DNA from: Alphaproteobacteria bacterium
GTDB taxonomy: Bacteria > Pseudomonadota > Alphaproteobacteria > JAJTHO01 > CANGYM01
Direction of reading: 5' to 3'
Length of the DNA stretch: 64,000 bases
Assembly (NCBI GenBank): GCA_947458235.1
Contig: CANGYP010000001.1
Span: forward strand, 1,248 to 65,247
In this document: positions 60,246 to 64,000 of the stretch, piece by piece
Numbering within the stretch: the stretch's first letter is position 1
How the letters are laid out: each line of letters starts with the position of its first letter
Translations under genes and position numbers: made by a program
The notes under the pieces: generated by a model
What the model was told of the DNA's origin: nothing
Database searches by the model: none
The model's input: only the letters and a program-made list of their open reading frames with translations

Positions 60246-61385
60246 ATGGACGCATCTATGATTCTCGTTTTCAATGCAGGCTCTTCCAGTATTAAAGCCA
60301 GTCTTTACCAGAAAAACAATCTGGAGGCCCCTAAAATCAGCCTTCAGGTTGATACGATCACAACGCAACCTGTCTTCAAAGCACGCGGTGACAATGTCCC
60401 TCCTCCCCCTTCTTTAGGGGTGGGCCATGATTCGGTTTTATCGGGTCTTCTGCCATGGTTTTTTGAGGCTTGGCCCATCCAAGCCATCGGCCATCGTGTG
60501 GTTCACGGGGGCATTCATTTTGCGGATCCTGTACGCATCACCCCCCCTATTTTGGATGACTTAGAGACTTTGATCCCTCTGGCCCCCTTGCACCAACCCC
60601 ATAACCTTTTTCCCCTACGGTGGATTCAACAACGCTTCCCTCAAAAACCGCAAGTTGCCTGTTTTGATACGGCTTTTCATCGGACCCAAACGCCTTTAGC
60701 CACATGGTTTGCGCTGCCGCGTCATTATCATGATGAAGGTATACAGCGTTACGGATTTCATGGGTTATCCTATCAGTATATTGCAGAACAGTTGCCTAGC
60801 CTCACAAAAGCCCCTCGGGTCATTGTGGCCCATTTGGGGAACGGGGCCAGTTTGTGCGGCCTCAAAGAGGGTAAAAGTTACGATACCACCATGGGCTTCA
60901 GTGCTTTGGATGGCCTGATGATGGGCACGCGTTCTGGCAGTCTGGATGCGGGCGTCATCTTGCATTTGCTGCATCACACAAGTCCAGAGCGCATTCAAGA
61001 GATTCTGTATAAAGAATCTGGCCTCTTGGGGGTATCAGGCATCAGTCACGATATGCGGACGCTTTTAGAGAGCCCCCATCCCCACGCCGCAGAGGCTGTC
61101 AATTTGTATGTGTATCGTATCATTCGGGAAATAGGGGCCTTAACGGCAACGTTAGGGGGATGTGATGCCCTCGTCTTCACCGCAGGTATAGGGGAAAATG
61201 CCCCCATCATTCGCCAAAGGGTTTGTGAAGGGCTATCTTTTTCTGGCCTCAAGCTTGATCAAGAGGCCAATCTGCAAAACAAGATTTGCCTTCACCATCC
61301 AGAAAGCCCAGTAGAGGTCTATTGCATACCCACCCACGAAGAACGCGTCATTGTCGAGGCCACCATCGTGCATGGCCTTTCTTGA
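60246..61385 (+). CDS. ackA: Acetate/propionate kinase family protein
   Basis: ILVFNAGSSSIKASLY N-terminus, VVHGG and conserved ASKHP-like blocks. 379 aa. Confidence 0.8.
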   Translation: MDASMILVFNAGSSSIKASLYQKNNLEAPKISLQVDTITTQPVFKARGDNVPPPPSLGVGHDSVLSGLLPWFFEAWPIQAIGHRVVHGGIHFADPVRITPPILDDLETLIPLAPLHQPHNLFPLRWIQQRFPQKPQVACFDTAFHRTQTPLATWFALPRHYHDEGIQRYGFHGLSYQYIAEQLPSLTKAPRVIVAHLGNGASLCGLKEGKSYDTTMGFSALDGLMMGTRSGSLDAGVILHLLHHTSPERIQEILYKESGLLGVSGISHDMRTLLESPHPHAAEAVNLYVYRIIREIGALTATLGGCDALVFTAGIGENAPIIRQRVCEGLSFSGLKLDQEANLQNKICLHHPESPVEVYCIPTHEERVIVEATIVHGLS

Positions 61386-61397
61386 CGACCAAAGTAT

Positions 61398-62036
61398 ATG
61401 CGAACATGTCCCCTGTTGCACATTGACATTCCCCTTTTGGTGCGGGGTGGTCGGCCTTTGTTGCGGGATGTTTCTCTAACGGTATCCAGCGGGCAAGGCG
61501 TGCACATCACGGGTCCCAATGGTGTGGGGAAATCCTCTTTGCTGCGGGCTATGGTGGGCCTTTTGCCGTTTCAGGGGCCCCGTCCCATGCGCACACCGTC
61601 GGTTTTTTTTCTGCCCACAGACAACGATATGCCCGATGAACAAACGGCCAAGACCTATATATCCCTGTGGCAGCGTTTTGAAAGATGTGTTCTCAAAGAG
61701 AGCCTTACCCCCCCAGCAACCCCAAAGGAGTGTTTTGTATCCAAAGCGGTTTTAGCCAAACCCATGCATCATCTCTCTTCTGGCATGCATCAGCGCGTCA
61801 GGCTTTCTCTCTTGGCCCAAACACAGTGCCTGTTATGGATTTTGGATGAACCTTGGCAATCGTTGGACCAAGAGGCTGCCCGTGTTTTAGATGCGTGTAT
61901 CATCCGTCGTTTGGCGCAGGGCGGGGCTGTGATCTGGACCAGTCATGATCAGCGCCCGTTGCCTTTTGTGACGCAAACGCTTGATCTTTCGGCATTTGTC
62001 GCGGTGGCAGAAACGGAGGACCGATGGCCCTTCTAA
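61398..62036 (+). CDS. ccmA: Cytochrome c biogenesis heme exporter ATP-binding protein CcmA (divergent)
   Basis: Walker A GPNGVGKSSLL, degenerate signature LSSGMHQRVRLS and Walker B ILDEPWQSLD, followed by ccmB-ccmC. Confidence 0.7.
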   Translation: MRTCPLLHIDIPLLVRGGRPLLRDVSLTVSSGQGVHITGPNGVGKSSLLRAMVGLLPFQGPRPMRTPSVFFLPTDNDMPDEQTAKTYISLWQRFERCVLKESLTPPATPKECFVSKAVLAKPMHHLSSGMHQRVRLSLLAQTQCLLWILDEPWQSLDQEAARVLDACIIRRLAQGGAVIWTSHDQRPLPFVTQTLDLSAFVAVAETEDRWPF

Positions 62037-62653
62037 CGTGGATGATCAAAGCCGCTTGGCAACGCCACAAAAGCCAAGGCTACGATGTGTTGCTGCAAAC
62101 TCTGGTTATGGTGGCCCTGATGGTGATGGGGCATTTCGGGGGGATGTTGGGGTATGATCCTGTGTCTTTTGTGTGGATCAGTCTTTTTGTCACCCATTTG
62201 ATGGGTATGGGTTTTAGGGTGGGGCAAGCAGACACCTTACCCACCATGCTGTTGATCCATAACATCCCCCTGATTGCGTGGGTGTGGGTTCAGATTGTAG
62301 TGCTGGGAATCCCCCGAGGCATCATCATGACGGCACTGGCCATGGTGGTTTTGGCTGTTTATGGACCTGTTTCGTGGATGTTGGCAGGGGTGGTGTTTTT
62401 GGGATTGGTGCCCTTGATGCTTTATCGCCTGTTGGTGGACACCTTGATGGGCGCGGGGGGCCTGAGTTTTGTTTGGCTTTGTCCCCTGTTGACGCCCGTT
62501 TTGATTTTTGGTCTGGATACCCTGCAACAGGCGGCGGGGGGAACGCTGTCCTTGACGGGCGGCGCCGTTTATGGCCTGATGTCCCTGTTGTTTTGTGTTG
62601 CGGTGTTGCCGTGGATCGTGGCATGGATGATCAAGGAACGGTTAACCTCATGA
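62024..62653 (+). CDS. ccmB: Heme exporter protein CcmB
   Basis: 6-TM, 209-aa protein between ccmA and ccmC. Confidence 0.7.
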   Translation: MALLTWMIKAAWQRHKSQGYDVLLQTLVMVALMVMGHFGGMLGYDPVSFVWISLFVTHLMGMGFRVGQADTLPTMLLIHNIPLIAWVWVQIVVLGIPRGIIMTALAMVVLAVYGPVSWMLAGVVFLGLVPLMLYRLLVDTLMGAGGLSFVWLCPLLTPVLIFGLDTLQQAAGGTLSLTGGAVYGLMSLLFCVAVLPWIVAWMIKERLTS

Positions 62654-63378
62654 CCCCTGTCACATTAACTTTTCATGCTTTGGCAAAACCCGCAACGTTT
62701 ATGCGTGTGGCGGGCAGCAGTTGTCGATTGTTGGCCATGTTCAGTGCGATTTTGTTTGCCGTTGGCGTGCCTTGGTCCCTGTGGTTTTCACCGCCAGATC
62801 GTTTGCACGGGGAGTTTGTCAGGCTGATGTATATTCACGTACCTGCGGCGTGGTCGGCCATGATGGCCTATGCCCTGTGCGGTCTGACGGGGGCGGGATA
62901 TTGGATATGGCGTCATCCTGTGGCCAGTTTAATCTCAGAGGGCTTTGCGGAAATGGCCGCGCTGCTGTCTGCCCTGTGCCTCATCACGGGGATGTTGTGG
63001 GGCAAACCTGCTTGGGGAACATGGTGGGTGTGGGATATGCGGTTAACCAGTATGCTGCTATTATTTTTGTTATCCGTTAGTGTCGTATTAACCTATACGC
63101 TGATGACCCCTGTGTCTTTGGCCAGAAACGTGGGGGCCATTGTGGCCAGCGTGGGGCTGATGAATTTACCGCTGATTTCTTTTTCGGTGACGTGGTGGAC
63201 CACATTGCATCAACCGGCCAGCATTCGGTGGTTTGCCAAAGATAGCGTTGATATCACCATGAAACTGCCGCTGTTGATTATGGCCTTGGCGTTTACAACC
63301 CTAACGTTGTGGTGCGCTTTGCGCTGCGCCATGCGGCGATTGAAAGCCCTGAAAGAGGCACGAGGGGCCCCATCATGA
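62650..63378 (+). CDS. ccmC: Heme exporter protein CcmC
   Basis: WGTWWVWDMRLTS is the tryptophan-rich WWD motif with flanking His residues. The listed ORF's upstream GTG extension (62278) overlaps ccmB, so the start was set at ATG 62650 overlapping the ccmB stop. Confidence 0.85.
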   Translation: MTPVTLTFHALAKPATFMRVAGSSCRLLAMFSAILFAVGVPWSLWFSPPDRLHGEFVRLMYIHVPAAWSAMMAYALCGLTGAGYWIWRHPVASLISEGFAEMAALLSALCLITGMLWGKPAWGTWWVWDMRLTSMLLLFLLSVSVVLTYTLMTPVSLARNVGAIVASVGLMNLPLISFSVTWWTTLHQPASIRWFAKDSVDITMKLPLLIMALAFTTLTLWCALRCAMRRLKALKEARGAPS

Positions 63379-63452
63379 TCCCCCTGTATGTTTGGATTGG
63401 TTATGGGGTGGCTGCCGTGATGTTGCTATGGCAAGTGTGGCGTTTGCGATGA
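63375..63452 (+). CDS. ccmD: Possible heme exporter protein CcmD (very short, 25 aa)
   Basis: ATGATC start overlaps the ccmC stop. It encodes the single TM helix MIPLYVWIGYGVAAVMLLWQVWRLR, like the CcmD TM segment. Below the ORF-track size cutoff. Confidence 0.4.
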   Translation: MIPLYVWIGYGVAAVMLLWQVWRLR

Positions 63453-63898
63453 TCACGCTGTATACCCTGCACAAAGAAGCCGATACGGAACATCTGGCCC
63501 AAACCCTTGCGGCCCAACAGTCCACTTTGCCCCCTGTGATGACGCTGGAGGGGCCTTTGGGTGTGGGCAAAACCACGTTTATGCGCTTTTATTTAAAGGC
63601 TTTGGGCTGGCAAGGCCCTGTTATCAGTCCGACCTATGGCCTGATTCAGGTTTATGATTTGCCGCAGGGGCCGTTGTGGCACGTAGATTGCTATCGCTTG
63701 GGCGATCCAGACGACATTTACGCCCTAGGTCTGGTGGATGCCATGATGCAGCATCCCTGTTGCATCGAATGGCCCCAGCGCATTGCATCCTTTTTGCCCC
63801 CCGTGCGACAGGCCTTAACGTTTGATTTTGATACAAAGCAAACGCGCTACGTCAGGCATGACTGTTTTGGCCCGCCAAGATCCAGGGCAAAATCATGA
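63428..63898 (+). CDS. tsaE: tRNA threonylcarbamoyladenosine biosynthesis protein TsaE
   Basis: LEGPLGVGKTTFMRFYLKALG...HVDCYRL are the TsaE/YjeE Walker A and switch motifs. Confidence 0.8.
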   Translation: MASVAFAMITLYTLHKEADTEHLAQTLAAQQSTLPPVMTLEGPLGVGKTTFMRFYLKALGWQGPVISPTYGLIQVYDLPQGPLWHVDCYRLGDPDDIYALGLVDAMMQHPCCIEWPQRIASFLPPVRQALTFDFDTKQTRYVRHDCFGPPRSRAKS

Positions 63899-64000
63899 GT
63901 TAATTTTCTCACTACCGTACACTTTCATAAACCCCATTGAGGATCAGTGGGTTATTGATGGCATGGGGGGTATTTTTGAAGGCGTCTGCGAGGGTTCGCA

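Noticed and set aside
62278-62649. GTG-initiated upstream extension of the ccmC ORF
   Set aside because: It lies entirely inside ccmB in another frame. CcmC homology starts at the ATG at 62650.
1-64000. CRISPR arrays, rRNA or tRNA genes, integrases or transposases, prophage blocks
   Set aside because: No regularly spaced direct repeats, no cloverleaf-compatible tRNA-sized conserved segments in the intergenic regions, and no recombinase-like ORFs were seen.

Overview
This 64 kb window reads as an alphaproteobacterial chromosome, about 55-60% GC in housekeeping genes with several clearly lower-GC genes. It is dominated by core functions.

Core genes, in order:
- msbA-like ABC exporter 3' fragment, ampD, pheA, a 5-formyl-THF cyclo-ligase, lpxC, aroK, typA, purL, ettA and mnmA.
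- ftsZ, outside any dcw cluster, with a long Pro/Ala linker and a conserved C-terminal peptide.
- A complete str-S10-spc ribosomal block on the minus strand, rplO back to fusA at 31.6-44.3 kb: fusA-tuf-rpsJ-rplC-D-W-B-rpsS-rplV-rpsC-rplP-rpmC-rpsQ-rplN-X-E-rpsN-H-rplF-R-rpsE-rpmD-rplO.
- uvrD, leuA, a hemD / Mic60-like / hemY-like cluster, acpP-fabF, ackA, ccmABC(D) and tsaE.

Accessory or less expected content:
- A strongly AT-rich orphan ParA-like ATPase gene.
- Two hybrid receiver-histidine kinases flanking translation-factor genes.
- An NYN/LabA-like protein next to a family-4/5 UDG.
- A solitary VirD4/TraG type IV coupling protein.
- A PlpD-like type Vd patatin autotransporter.
- A circularly permuted ATP-grasp plus alpha-E domain pair (the COG2308/COG2307 amidoligase-type module).
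- A DevB/DevC-like exporter pair without its ATPase.
- An orphan MNT nucleotidyltransferase.
- An OmpR-type regulator coupled to a large double-TM membrane protein.

The ribosomal superoperon is truncated at both ends. There is no rpsL-rpsG upstream of fusA and no secY-adk-rpsM... downstream of rplO. A cluster of REP-like GC-rich palindromes (CCCTCTCCCCG/CGGGGAGAGGG family) sits exactly at the rplO-side breakpoint.

No rRNA, tRNA, CRISPR, integrase or transposase was recognised. All calls come from reading the supplied six-frame translations and the DNA by eye. No database search was possible.
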